A stretch of 63,558 bases of DNA, counting the filler, from Elsinoe ampelina (taxonomy: Eukaryota), in assembly GCA_010093995.1 (NCBI GenBank). It is 7 parts of 7 records of this genome, joined end to end, with 100 filler letters (N's around TTAATTAATTAA, not from the genome) between each part and the next. Parts side by side here need not be neighbours in the genome. Positions count along the whole stretch, not along the records: positions 20,036 to 29,928 come from ML992576.1; positions 30,029 to 39,116 come from ML992577.1; 5 more parts are not named here. One strand, 5' to 3'. Position numbers and translations under genes: made by a program. Numbering within the stretch: the first letter of the stretch is position 1; each line of letters opens with the position of its first letter. A model generated the notes under the pieces. It did no database searches. It was not told the origin of the DNA and worked only from the letters and a program-made list of their open reading frames with translations. Positions 24,201 through 36,664 of this stretch are shown in pieces.

Positions 24201-27200
24201 ATATATATTTAAGTAATAGTAGTACTATCTCGAGAGTACCTCGTATATAATTTAAATACTTACTAACTATAATAATCTCTAAGGATTTATAAAGCTAAAA
24301 CAGCTAAATAGCTAATAAGCTTACTAGGCTACTTTCCTTACTACTTTTAACTTTATAATAAAGTATTAGGCAGGTACGAGGAACCTAGCTAATACACCTT
24401 TAAGGCGCTCTAACTACGTAGCGGAAAAGTAAGAGGTATTATACCTCCTCTCTACTCTTTAGAATAAGCTTTATATATAGGACTAAACTACTAACGTTAA
24501 GGAAGCTACTCTACTTATTAGATATATCTACGCTATATATAAGACTACCCTAGGACAGGCCTAGGCTACCTATACGCTATATAGTAGCAACTTCTCTTCT
24601 AAGAACTCCTAGGGGCTTATAACGACCTAGCGAGTTATAGTTATAGTAACTACGAGAGAGGATCCCTTTAAAGATCTATCTACTAACCTAATGTTAGTAG
24701 TAGAGCTACTATAAGAATAAGACTCTAAAATTATAAAGCTACATTCGTAAGCGAGAAGTAGTAGAGATAAGAGTAAAGCGCTATAGAATATATAAGATAA
24801 TCTTCTCTTCTATAAGGAGTTACTAGTTATTCTAAATAATAGCGTACTTAAGGCGTAGATACTACGTATATACTATAATAGCAAATAGGCTAGTTACTTT
24901 AGTAAGGATAAGACGCTTAAGCTTCTCTTATAGACATACTTCTAGCTAACTATAAGAAAAGATATTAATAACTATATATAGTTATACTAAGTTTACTAGA
25001 AGTATAAGGCGCGCCGCTACTACCTCTATAGTAAGCTACGTATACTACCTATACTAGATCACCTATAGCAAGAAATTATAATAGATTTTATTACTAACTT
25101 GCTACCGAGTAAGTAAGGTAATAGCGTCTATAATATAGTACTAGTAATTATAGACCGATATACTAAGATGTTACTATACGTTTCTACTACTAAGAAGTAT
25201 ACGTCTATAGAGCTTATAGAGATTCTATATAACTACGTAATTCGCTACTATAGTGTTTCTAGAGGAATAGTAAGCGATTAAGGATTAGTCTTTACTAGCT
25301 AGTTCTAGAGTAAATTCTGTTACGAAACGTATATAAAACATAGGCTTAGTATAGCCTTTTACCTGTAGATAGACAGTTAGACTAAGTAGTAGAACTAGAC
25401 GTTAGAATAGTACCTAAGGTGCTATTATATAGAATTATAAAACGACTAGGCTAAATGTCTATCTTAAGCAAAGTTTATAAGTAATAATAGTATTTATACT
25501 ATACTACGTATAAGCCTCTTCTAGATAATATATAGCTACTACCTAGAGTTAGAGGTAATAGCTATTAAGTCTTAGAATAAGACTTTAGAGGGAAGAGTAC
25601 TAGTAGTACTAGAGTTAGCGTAACGCTTATAAGATACATACGCTAAGCTAGTAGAGTAATAGAAAGAGACTTCTACCTACTAGGCTAAGTACTATAATAA
25701 GAAGTATATACTAAAGATATATAGCGTAGGTAACTTAGTACTACTCTCGGCTAAGAACTTATAGCTGCCTATACTAAAGAAGAAGATAGAACTATAATTC
25801 CTTAGCCTATTTTATATACTTAACATAATTAGATTATAGGTATACCGCCTAGCCTTACTAAGTTAGTATTGCATCTATAATATCTTTTATATATTCCTTC
25901 TTAAGCTATAGATAGGTAGAGCTAGTAAAGAGCTAGAAGAGAGTATACCTCTCGTAGATAAAGCGGATAAGTAGATAGTAGAGGAGATTCTAGGTAGGAG
26001 AGCTACAAAGAGTAAGGTATTCTACTTAGTAAAGTAGAAAGACTAGCCTATTAAGTTTAATAGCTAGGAACCTAAAGAGAATTATATAAATATAAGAGAG
26101 CTAATTACTATATATAAGTTATAGCCGAGAGCGCCTAAGAAGAGTTATAGAAGGCGTAGATTAACAAGTATATAAGTAGTTAGATTATATAAGTATATAA
26201 ACTAGTTAAAGGATAGACTCCTTATCTAGGGTAATATATTTTAATAAAGCGCTATACTTATACTAGCTAGATAAGTATTATCCTAAACGCCGTAAACTTC
26301 TATACTATATATAAGGCCTTATAGGTATAGCGCTAGAGACGCGTACCTAGCTCGTATATAACTACTCTACTACTCTTTATCCTTATTATTCTTCTTAACC
26401 TTATTCTTATTCTTAAAAAACTCTCCTCTAGCTATAATTCTATTAGAGTACTTAGTTAACTTACTAGTATTATATACTATCTAAGTATATTAGTTATAAG
26501 ATAGATATATAAGTGACATAGCTAATATATCTCCTATCTAACTACTACTAAGGTAGTTAAGGTCCTCCTAATCTTCTAAAGCTCTAATACCTTCTCCTAG
26601 TTAAGCGTACTATACGTAGTACCTACGTAGCTAGTATAAGACGTAGACGCCTCGCTAGTAACCTTGTTCTTATTAGTATAGTATACCTTTAACAAATCCT
26701 TAAAGTCCTTAAGAGTCTTATTAAGAGTTACGTAGTTCGTAGGTACATTATTATTATTATTATTAATCTTCGTAAGCGAGTTAAATATGTTATATATAGC
26801 TATATAGTTACTACGTAGGTAAGGTAGAAGTAGCTCGTAGGTATAGTAACTCTTAATATAGTAAGTATACTTCTTTTTAGTAAGAGTACTAAAATTCCTA
26901 CTAATATAGTTAAATCCTACTACGCGTTAGTTACGAATTATATTTAAATAGACTATACTTACCCTTATTAACGCCTATAGTATACCTATAGTAGAGGAAA
27001 GCTAGCGTAGGACCTACACTAGCGAGAGTTATATAAGACATACCTAAGAGAGTTATAGGGGACTAATAAGAGCTAGAGCTATATATATTATATAAAGAAG
27101 TAAATATTATAAGGTAAGTATAAGTTAAGTAAGAAGCGCTATATTAAAGTAGAGGTCTAAGAAAATAAAAATATATTTTAATATATAGAAGAGAGAAAGT

Positions 27201-27528
27201 AAGGGGCAATAGCGAGGTTATATATACTAACCTCTAGTGTACTATATCTTTGTTATAGCCGCTAGCGTAGAGCGCGTATCTTCTATAGTACTACTAGGAA
27301 TTTTAAGGAAAAGTAATATTATTACTACTAATTAGCTTTAATACTATAGCGACTAGATAAACGCTCCCTTTTAACCTAGACTATCGGGATTATAACAACT
27401 AAGTAGTATACAGTTTATATATAATACACTATAGAAAATGCCTTAAGGCCTATATTACCTTCGTTTATAATTATATATTTACGCGCTAGTAAGGAGCTAA
27501 GGATAGCTCCTCTAGAGAAGGAGGCAAT

Positions 27529-27715
27529 TATAAGGGTATAGTATTAGAGCGGTACTTAGTAGCGGCTAGTCCTACTTACGTAATATACCTAAATATTCTA
27601 TATAGCGCTTACGCCTAGGACTTAATAGCAATTAGTTCTACTACTAACAGACTATTCGGTTAGATAGGTGTTCTCTATATTACGACATACGTAGCTTTAA
27701 TATAAGGCGTTAATA
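27529..27715 (+). repeat. 3' LTR of the nested Gypsy element
   Basis: Direct repeat of 21071-21257, preceded by a polypurine tract. Confidence 0.9.
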
Positions 27716-29928
27716 CTCTTATTCTACTAGAGGATAGAACTCGTTCTCTAGCTACTTATTTCTCTAGCTAGATAGGCTAGTAGGCTTATAATCTATTTCG
27801 GAGTTGAACTAAGGCTAAACTAGATTTAGTTCGTAAGCTAAACTAGTATCGACTTAGTTACTTAATTTAGCTAAGCAATTCTAAAGCTACTATATCTCCT
27901 CTATAGCGCTAATACGTACGGGGCGTATTATAGTATAAGTAGCCTTCTCTAAGGCGCTAGCTATATACTTAGTAGAGATATAGTTAGGCTTACTATATAC
28001 GTAATAGGTAAGTATCTATATTAGATAGAAAGGCTATAGAGCACCTCTAGTAATAGAGTAGAAGAGAGCTAAAGCGGTAGGTATAGAAGTTAAATAGGCT
28101 ATACAAGTTAGTATAGTAGTAGTATAGCTTATAGCCGGTATAGAATATAAGGCTTAAGTAGGCTTAGTAATAAGGTTACTCTACTAAATGTTATAGTTAG
28201 TAGTATAAGCCTTTACGATAAAGGTAGAGAGATCGTTAGTATCGAAGTTAATAAGGGCGATACGTAGCTTATTAGATATCTTCTAGCGTAACTAGTAAAG
28301 CTATTTATCTTTAGTAATCTTAGCGTAGAGGGCGTATTTATTAAATTCGCTAATAAAGGAGTTAAAAGAGGCATTACACTAGAAGAGGCTAGCGAACTAA
28401 GCGCGCGTAGTAGCCTTATAGTTAAGGTCCTTAAAGTGCTAGGCTAAGAGGCTAAGGGTAGCTTTAACGTCGATAGTGTCGTTACCGGCGAAGTCTATAA
28501 TAAGAGTATAGGCTTTACTAGAGAGACGTAAGTAGAGATATATAAACTAAGTAGCCTCGGTAGGGAAGTAGTTAGTATTAGCACGTATCTTATTCTTTAT
28601 CTAGTGCTTAAAGACCTCGAACTACTCTAGAGTACTACTAGAGAATGTAGTAGAGTCTAGTATCTTCTCTAATAGTATAGTGCCGCGAGTAGAGAGGGCT
28701 AGCGTAGTACGTCCTATCTTAGCTCTTAGCTAGGCTAGTTTAGCCTTAAGTTTGCTAATGTCGGCGAGGTAGCGCGTAGCTTAGATAGTAAGGTTATCGG
28801 TAGTACTATTAGCTATATCTAGCTCGAGTAAGACATTATCTAACTAGTTATATAGGTTAAGAGCGTCGGAGTATACTAAGTTATACGTAGTAACCTATTT
28901 ATTATAGGTAGACTTAATAAAGGTAAAGGCCTTACGTAGAGTAGTTATATCGTCTATCTCTTATAGCCTCTTCTTAAGATCGGAGTTATTAAGGCGAATA
29001 AGGTCGTAATAGACTAACTAGACTAGTTTATCGTTATTATTAATAGGAGGTAAAGGAATCTTACTTACGTAATAGTCGTCGTCGCTATAGTTAGAGCGAG
29101 CTATACTTAGTATAGTTAGTCGTAAATAGAATAGTATAAAAAGTTAACGCGTAATAAAGAGAATATCGAAAGTTTAGCCTATAGCCTACTTCTTTTAGGA
29201 GTCTTCTATAACTTAACTTATTACCTTCTTCTTATGTTTATAGTATCGACCTATATAGCGGCAGCGAGGATCTATTATAGTGTACGCGGGAACTGTAGTT
29301 ATAATAGCTTCTTCTTTAATACTTTAGTTCTTCGTAAATAGGTAGTTATTAATAGTTACGTAAGTAGTAGAATAACTAGATAGTTTAATAGCTCTATTAC
29401 TTAGTCGCGGTCGTACGAAGTCTCGATATAGTAATTATAACTAGTAAGATAAGAGGTTAATTACGTCTATTTATTAAGATATTAAGACTTAGAAGAAGAA
29501 GAAGAAACTAGTATACAAAGTATATATAATATCGAGGGCGAAGCGGCTAGAAGCCTAGGCTACAATACTAAGATTACATAACTAATCTAAACTATATCCT
29601 AACTAAATCTAGTTCGTATCTATCTCGCATTATAAAGGGCCTTACCTTTAAGAAGACTAATAGACTATTAGTTAATATAATTAAGGCCTACTCTAACTTA
29701 GACTTTACTAGAGATAGATTAACTATAAGATCTATATCTAGTACTATTATTTATATACTTAGTATACTAGTTATTTAGAAGTTAAGGCTATAGAAGATTA
29801 TTATATTATTAAGTACTAAGGCTAAATACCTTACCCTTACTAAGACCTATAGAGAGATTAATTAGTTAAGAAATCTTATTATTAAACTTAGGCTACTTAC
29901 TAATATTTACCTTAGCCTAACTATAGTC

Positions 29929-30028
29929 NNNNNNNNNNNNNNNNNNNNNNNNNNNNNNNNNNNNNNNNNNNNTTAATTAATTAANNNNNNNNNNNNNNNN
30001 NNNNNNNNNNNNNNNNNNNNNNNNNNNN
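29929..30028. other. Artificial contig linker
   Basis: N44-TTAATTAATTAA-N44. Confidence 0.98.
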
Positions 30029-30519
30029 TCTTTACTATATTAATATTTATTATTATTAGCTAAAACAAGAGATTAATTAAGCTAGAGATCTATCTAGCCC
30101 TATCTTAGTAATATAGACACTATTAGTAGACACCTTAGCTAATGGATTTACTAAATTATTACTACCTAGGAGGTATAAGGCCTTCTTATAATAGCTATCC
30201 TTCGAGTTAGTAGTCTACTAACTAGCTATTACAGAGTTATAGCTACTTAGTAAAGGGGTGTGTTAACCGAGGTATAAGCTAGAGCGCTAAGAAGACCCTA
30301 ATTTAGTTTATTCTAAGGTTAAACTAAACACTATCTTACTATTTTACTAATCTATAATTAAATTAGATAGTTATTATCTTAATCTATTGTTACTTAGGAG
30401 GTCTATTAATTTATCTATCTCTTAGTTTATCAGGTTGAGTATTTATGTAGTTACAATCCACCTCAGTTTGGTGGATCAGGCAGTAATCAATCCTTTTTCC
30501 TCCCCCACACAAGTCAACA
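30029..30519 (+). mobile_element. 3' end of a RIP-mutated Ty1/Copia retrotransposon (RNase H end, PPT, 3' LTR 30261-30519)
   Basis: LANGFTKLL (~30135-30160) is a RIP form of the Copia ADGFTK motif. PPT AAAGGGGTG, then a TGTTAAC...GTCAACA LTR of 259 bp. Confidence 0.85.
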
Positions 30520-31259
30520 CTGTGGGGAGATCACGTGCACACTCGGTGCGGAGGAGATGCTTGGCAGCCTCGACTCGGATCCTTCGCTTCGACTTCTCGA
30601 AATACATTCCTTACATTCCTGGCGGATTTCATCATGCTCTCGCAGGGCGCTCTTCTTGGCGATCCTAACTATTCCGAGGAAACTTCACATGAGGCCAGCA
30701 GTGATGCGCTTCCTTCTTTGCAAGCCGGACCGACGAGGCAGCCCAAGGGATTTCCAAGTACCATACTGATACGTGGTCAACAGGGACTGTCGCACCTATC
30801 GACGGCATTTCTGCAGATGCTCGAACTAGGCTTACGTGTTGCCAGTGGTGATCGTTTGCAATCACTCCACAATGAACGAGAGCTGCAGCTCATTGCAGCT
30901 CATGACCTGCTCGCTTCGTACCATAGACTCTCCTGTCCTTCATACGGGGATTCGAAACTATGTTTGCGGATCCCATGCTCGTAGGTTGCGTCCACGGGAC
31001 TTGTATCGAAGGCGTCCACCTCAGGCCATTTCTCGCTTCTGCATGCATGGATTCGTCCTCCAACAAGCAGGTCGAGTAAAATGTGACATCGTACAGATTC
31101 TATCTACAAGCTCGCAGCTACTTAAGCTGTGATCTTCCCACAGAGCGAGCTGCATCATAACGCTACTACATTACAGAAATCAAACAGACGATCTACTTCG
31201 TCGGCCTTCAGATCTCCGTACCTCGACGATACAAGAAGCTCAAACGCCAAAGAATAAAT

Positions 31260-31424
31260 ATGCATTTCGCCTTCCGCGCCCTCATACTCGCCACCTTACT
31301 GACGACCGCCCTTGCCGGTCTGCCGGTTAACGTACCCCCGACAGAGACGCCTCCCGAGCCTGCACCTGTGGAGGACGACTTGCCATCAGCATGCCTGCCT
31401 GAGTTGGGCTGTATCGCTGACTGA
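31260..31424 (+). CDS. Small secreted peptide, 54 aa, 2 Cys (absent from the ORF track)
   Basis: MHFAFRALILATLLTTALA-GLPVNVPPTETPPEPAPVEDDLPSACLPELGCIAD*: classic signal peptide, A-rich start context. Confidence 0.6.
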   Translation: MHFAFRALILATLLTTALAGLPVNVPPTETPPEPAPVEDDLPSACLPELGCIAD

Positions 31425-32862
31425 GCTTCTCTTGGTTGATGTCGCTTCAGCGCTTGCATTTTGGGAGAGAATAGAAGGGGCCGGTAATACATAAGTTTGA
31501 TATGGAGCTGCTAGTACAACTTGGCGTAAAAGCGTTTGGGTCTTCCCCTCATTTCCTTGCTTCTATCTGAACCTCAATGTTCACCCCAGTGGTTCGTCAA
31601 GGCTATCAGGCATCGAATCCTGCTGGCATTTAGCAACACTTGTCAGTTTTGAGCTGTGAGTCCATGAGTGAATCCAGATTCCTCAACGACATCCCACGAG
31701 CTGGCTGTATCGCGCCTCGGACATTGGAAATTTGTGGGAATATCCCACACAGCCATCCTATTACGCAGCTCCGGCCGAGCAGTCAACCCTTTAGATGCAG
31801 ATGGATTGTCAGCATCCTCTTTCGTCCCCCAATCGAAAGCTGTCTAATCCTCGATAGGACGTATCTGAACACCATGCCACACGGCAGATTGACATCGAAG
31901 CCATTCCGCTACCACCCACAAGTACGCTCCGGACTCGGTTACACTTCCTCGTACCATCAGTCGCAGATCCTGCGGGACTATAAGAGATCATCTCATCGCA
32001 CAGCTCAGTCACGGCAAAACATCTCCACCATAGTCGTATAACGATCAAACCACTCCGGATCTGCACTTCTGCCAGGACGACCTGTCGAAATCCAAGAACA
32101 GTCACTTATCATTCTCCCCAGCTTCATCGCTAACAGAAGAGAGTCATCATGCAAATCTCTATCCTCACACGCTTTTTTACCCTAGCTAACAGTGCATATT
32201 ACTTGACTACTTCACTACAAGTGTAACGAGATCAGCAGCAGATCTAGATGATCGACTTGTTCCTCGCCACGGGGCCTGATCGCTTGTTTCAGCCTTGCTG
32301 GAACCCCAGTAGTTCATTCAGGCCCTCAACGATAAATGTTGGACAGCCCAATTGAGCCATTGTATCCGGAGACTTGTCGAGTTTCAGCTATATTGCTCTT
32401 CTTCAGCTCGATCCTCCTCCATCGTCCCCTTGTCTGACCGGACCATTCAGCGACCAGAATATCATGCTGCTTACCTCTACACAACCTTCTTCCTGGGGCC
32501 TATCATCCTAACAGTCATGTAGACGGTACATTACAATGACTTGTATCATCAGGGCCAGCCAATGCCACAGCAACATCTGTCGAACGCTACAAGGAACTCA
32601 CCCTAAACATCATCCTACACCTCACATCCAGCTCTAGGCCCTTCACTTGCCAAGCATGCCACTGTCATGGACCAGTGTCCGCTACCTCAACACGATCATC
32701 CCGTAGATTTGTACAGCTATAAGACCTCCAGAATGGCATACCTCCGTCAAGTCAGAAACCCATCACATCAACAATCCCACTCACCCAACCTCGCGACCCC
32801 ATCCCGGCGGTCAGTTCCTCAGATCAACACATTCCCCGGACCCCATCAAACAAACCCAAAAC

Positions 32863-33150
32863 ATGCGCTTCTCCGACCTCCTCGTCCCCATCTTCCTACT
32901 CGCCGTTCCAGCTCTCGCCGGAGGCCCCGCAGCCGACGACTGCGCCGGCAAAGTCTGCACCAGCAACGGCAAACCCGACCAGGTCCATCTGGACCCTATC
33001 ATCCCTCCGGAGGCCCCTTCTGACGTTGTGGGCAACTCGGATGCTACCTGTGCTGGTCTGCCTGAGAACTGTGGTGGTGGCAGGAAAGATACCTTGCCTA
33101 TGGAGTTGCCATTCAAGAGGAGCGTGCTTGGGAGGAGGTGGGTTGGGTGA
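32863..33150 (+). CDS. Small secreted cysteine-containing protein, 95 aa
   Basis: Signal peptide MRFSDLLVPIFLLAVPALA, 4 Cys, dibasic RK/KR/RR sites, CAAAACATG start context. Confidence 0.75.
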   Translation: MRFSDLLVPIFLLAVPALAGGPAADDCAGKVCTSNGKPDQVHLDPIIPPEAPSDVVGNSDATCAGLPENCGGGRKDTLPMELPFKRSVLGRRWVG

Positions 33151-33903
33151 GTGGAGAGTGTATAGAGGGGGACTGGGACAGGCTTAGGGGGTATGGACAG
33201 AGGGTTGCAGGGAAGGAAAGCGAGCGACCCTGGAGTTGAGCAGGGGAGAGGGAGGGGGAACGGCGGGAGAACCGACGGTGAGGAATAGGTCAAAGAATAG
33301 GAAAGTGCCGTCCCTTGTCTCTTTTCAATTTCTCTTTGCCATTACAAGAGCGCTACATTTTGCCAAAACACTATCTGGGTATGAATTGGGTCATTGGAGG
33401 GGAGGTCGCTGTTCGAGAAATTGTCAGCCCTGTGGCCCCCAGCCTGATCAGGGATAGCCTTTCTTGAACGCAGAGGATCTGACGTGCCTGTGCCACCATA
33501 CCTTTGGCTGATGCTCAATCCTGAATAGACCTGCCGATGCTCGTGTACTGGCTTCAGCTGAACTCCTTCTGCAAACATGGAACGCCAGCCACATCTCGTC
33601 CACCGCCATGACCGCACCGTCACTCTTCGATCCATGACTCGGTATGATCGACATCGAGAGCGTTTTATACTACAAGTATCGTCTATCATACCTGGCCCTC
33701 ATGGTCGGCCCATCACTGACCGTCCCCAGACCAACACATAATACCCCGAACATGGTTCATCAGATCTGCAGAGCAAACCGTAAGCACATCCTCACAGGAT
33801 CTCTTCAACAACAGGATAGCAGGGAAAATGCAGCATCAAGAAAAGCCTTTGGACGGAATAGAAGCAACCAGGTATCGAAAAGCCACCCCCACGTCATCCC
33901 AGC

Positions 33904-35570
33904 TCAATGCACCCCATTCGCGCCATTCGCGCCATTACCACTCCCATTGACCTCCAACCCCTCGACCAACTTCGCCAACGCCTCATCCTCGTAGTACACC
34001 CTCTCCCTCTCCACCCTCAACTTCTTATCCTCCTTGACCCTCTTCAACAACGCCTTCACCTCGGGATTCCCGCTGAACCGATCCGGCAAAATATCCCACA
34101 CCTTCGGGTTCGTGCCCTGAGTATGCAACGTCCCACACCCCGTCCTCGCGTACTCGGTCCAGAGAAACGTCCTACTACTCTCAATCATGATCGTCATGCC
34201 GCCCTCGAGGATCCGGCGGGGTTCGTTTTCCTGGACGCGCATCTCGGTGACGTACCCCGCGTCGAACCCCCCGTGGGGCGTGTGGCCCTGCTCGAAACTG
34301 CCTCCGCCGGGCTGGAAGTCGTCGGAGCGACCCAGGCCGTTGCCGTAGAGCGTGGCGAGGAATTCGCTCGCAGAGTTGCGGTGGAAGTACGGCAGGCGGA
34401 ACGTGTTGGACGCGACGTCCCAGCGCGGGCCGAACCAGAGGAAGTCGGCGAGGGCGGTGTTGGGTTCGCGGGATTTGGCGGTGAGGACCGTGTTGATGGA
34501 CGGGTCGGTGTGGTCGATGCTGGTGCTGTTTTGGGAGGCGAATTTGGTGAGGTCGTACTTGTAGGGGCACACGTTGCCGTGCCATGCCACGAGGTCGAAG
34601 GGGGAGTGGTCTTGCCCGATGGCGTTGTATTTGCCGTTGTTTTTGTTGACGATGGTCCAGTCGCCGGAGAGGTCGTCGTCGATGTGCGCGACTGGGTAGA
34701 GGAAGTCGCGGGGGTTGGCGAGGCCGTGGCCGCCGAGGGGCCCCAGGTCGGGGAGTTCCCACATGGAGCCCCAGATTTCGGTGATGTAGCCGCGAGCTCG
34801 AGGGGTGTTTTTGCCCAGCTTGATCTTGAAGCGGACGCCGCGTTGGATGACGCAGATTTCGCCGGGTGCGAGGTATATCATGCCCATCTCGGTTTGGATG
34901 TCGAGGTCGCCGAGCTGAGAGGCGATGAGGAAGTCACCGTCCGTGTTGCAGAATGCGCGGTTCTCCATGGATGCATTGATGCAGTAGATGTAGAGAGCGA
35001 TGCCCTCGCGGATGTTGGGGTCGCCGGAGCCAGCAAGTGTGTGTAGCCCATCGACAAAGTCGATCTTCTCGTCATCTTTTGGCAGGGGGAAGGGTGCCCA
35101 TTCGGCTTGCTCGGGGAGGGTGTCGACTTTTGGGTTCAAAGAGAGGAAGCAGTTCTGGATGTTGGCCTTGGATTCGATTGGCTTGAATCCGCCTGTCATG
35201 GTCAGTCTCTTGTCAGGATCTCGGCTACAGAGCGTGACTTACTGTGGGCTGCAGACGGCCTGACGCGGTACATGTAGGTACTGTAGTTGTGGGCTCGCGG
35301 GGCAGCGAATGCAGAGTAGGTGATGCCCTCTGTGTAGAGGCCAAATCTCGGCTCTTGCGGGTTGTTCTGCGCGACTGGCAACGTACCAGGAATGACCTCT
35401 GACATGTGACGATTCCCCCAACCATGCTGGTACTCGTAAGGATCACCCTCGCGAGTGTGCTTCTTGCGCATCAGGTCAGTGTAGTGAAAGACATTGTAGA
35501 CATCCGTCTTTGGCTTGCGTTCCTTGACGGGCTCCTTCTCGAGCTTGAGACGTTCTGCAGAGACGGGCAT
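33904..35570 (-). CDS. Homogentisate 1,2-dioxygenase-like protein (divergent HmgA homolog), 2 exons
   Basis: Motifs QNNPQ, YRVRPSAAH, ELPDLGPLGGHGLANPRDF, HSPFDLVAWHGN, DHTDPSI, PYFHRN, TPHG. Intron 35193-35242. Confidence 0.9.
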
Positions 35571-36664
35571 GTTGAATGGGTGGAAGTATGTATCGCTCTG
35601 AGTTGATCACGGACCTACTTGCAACGGGGGAGGAGGAAGTCCGAGCTATATAGCTTGCCCCAGCCGTGGGCATTGTGGAGCTGGACAGTATACCGGCAGA
35701 TGGGCAGCATCGTGGGATCACGGAGCTCTGCCCTCTGGGTGAACAGGAACACGGTTCGGACGTTGCAACCGCAAAGGGACGCGAGCTGTCGATGTCGTCG
35801 TGGGGCACTTTTTTTCTCCAACAGCCAGATTCAGAGAGGGAAATGCGGCTGAAGCACAACGTGGGGGTGAGTGGGGCCGGTCATCTGCTGTCGTCCTAAA
35901 ATTGGGGCCAGCCTGCCAGGCCTTCATTTGTCGTTCTCAGTGCGATCTTTGACATTGCTTCCACGACGAGATTCGCTTTCGATCCTTGGCATATATACGT
36001 CGAGGCTGTATGCTGACGGGGGCTGCTCGAGCTGGCTATCGACGCGATTTCTCTAGCACCACCATCGCACGTCCTTCGCAAACAGAGAATTCTCCGTAGC
36101 CCCAAGTGGCATCATCCACTCACGGTAGGGCTGCACATCCACCGATACAGATCTTATCGCTTCCTCTGCACGATACGCCGCGTGTTCTTGGCTGCACAGG
36201 TAGTTTCTTCAGCACACGGTGAAGTCATGTAGAGTGGCATGCCTGTTGCGCATCTCCACAGAAGCGGAAGATCTGAGCGCCCCACAACTATACAATCGTA
36301 AAGTATACATGTGGCTGCTTCTCGAATGTCGATCACGATAGATTGGAATTACCCCTTTACTGATCTTTGTGTGTCGTAGGCAGACGGAGTAATTGGTGAA
36401 TCCTCGGCGACTGTCATGGATAGGTAAAAAGTCATCGATATTGAACATGTATGAACAACCATGTCGGCCGAAGCGTGACTGGCTCCTTGGTATCGTCCGC
36501 TCCAAGGAAGAACTCCTCGAATAAACCGTGCCTTTATGCGCTGAAACTTTTGACAAGCTCCTTCCCCAGTCATTATCATTCAAGACATCAACAAATCAGA
36601 AATCCATCACAGAAGCATGTTGAAAAGCTTCAGCGATCCTTCCTCCGTCCTTCCGTAAAGTCCA

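Larger units (their letters stand above)
21071..27715 (+). mobile_element. Full-length RIP-inactivated Ty3/Gypsy chromovirus retrotransposon
   Basis: Two 187-bp LTRs, PPT AGAGAAGGAGG before the 3' LTR, TSD CCCTT/CTCTT. RT PKKDSSLRLYIDY (~23272) and VYLDNILIY (~23593), RNase H (~24058), integrase DFITNL (~25084), chromodomain (~25980-26090). Many TAA/TAG stops. Confidence 0.93.
20036..29634 (-). mobile_element. Host Ty3/Gypsy element (RIP-mutated, partial), split by a nested insertion at 21071-27715
   Basis: Minus strand shows gag-like EKILDSTTFS..IKNKIRANTNYFPTE (~28560-28670), a RIP-damaged CCHC knuckle (~27960-28020), protease-like AFINTSA (~20920-20940) and the RT lead-in FTNIFSRE..TLP.YRP..EPLYRL at the contig end. 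Right boundary approximate. Confidence 0.7.

Noticed and set aside
30535..30984. 149-aa GTG-initiated ORF next to the Copia LTR
   Set aside because: No motifs or codon bias; not supportable.
32149..32226. Signal-peptide-like micro-ORF MQISILTRFFTLANSAYYLTTSLQV between the two secreted genes
   Set aside because: Only 25 codons with no mature region; could be chance.
33907..35046. 379-aa + strand ORF
   Set aside because: Antisense shadow of the GC3-rich dioxygenase gene.
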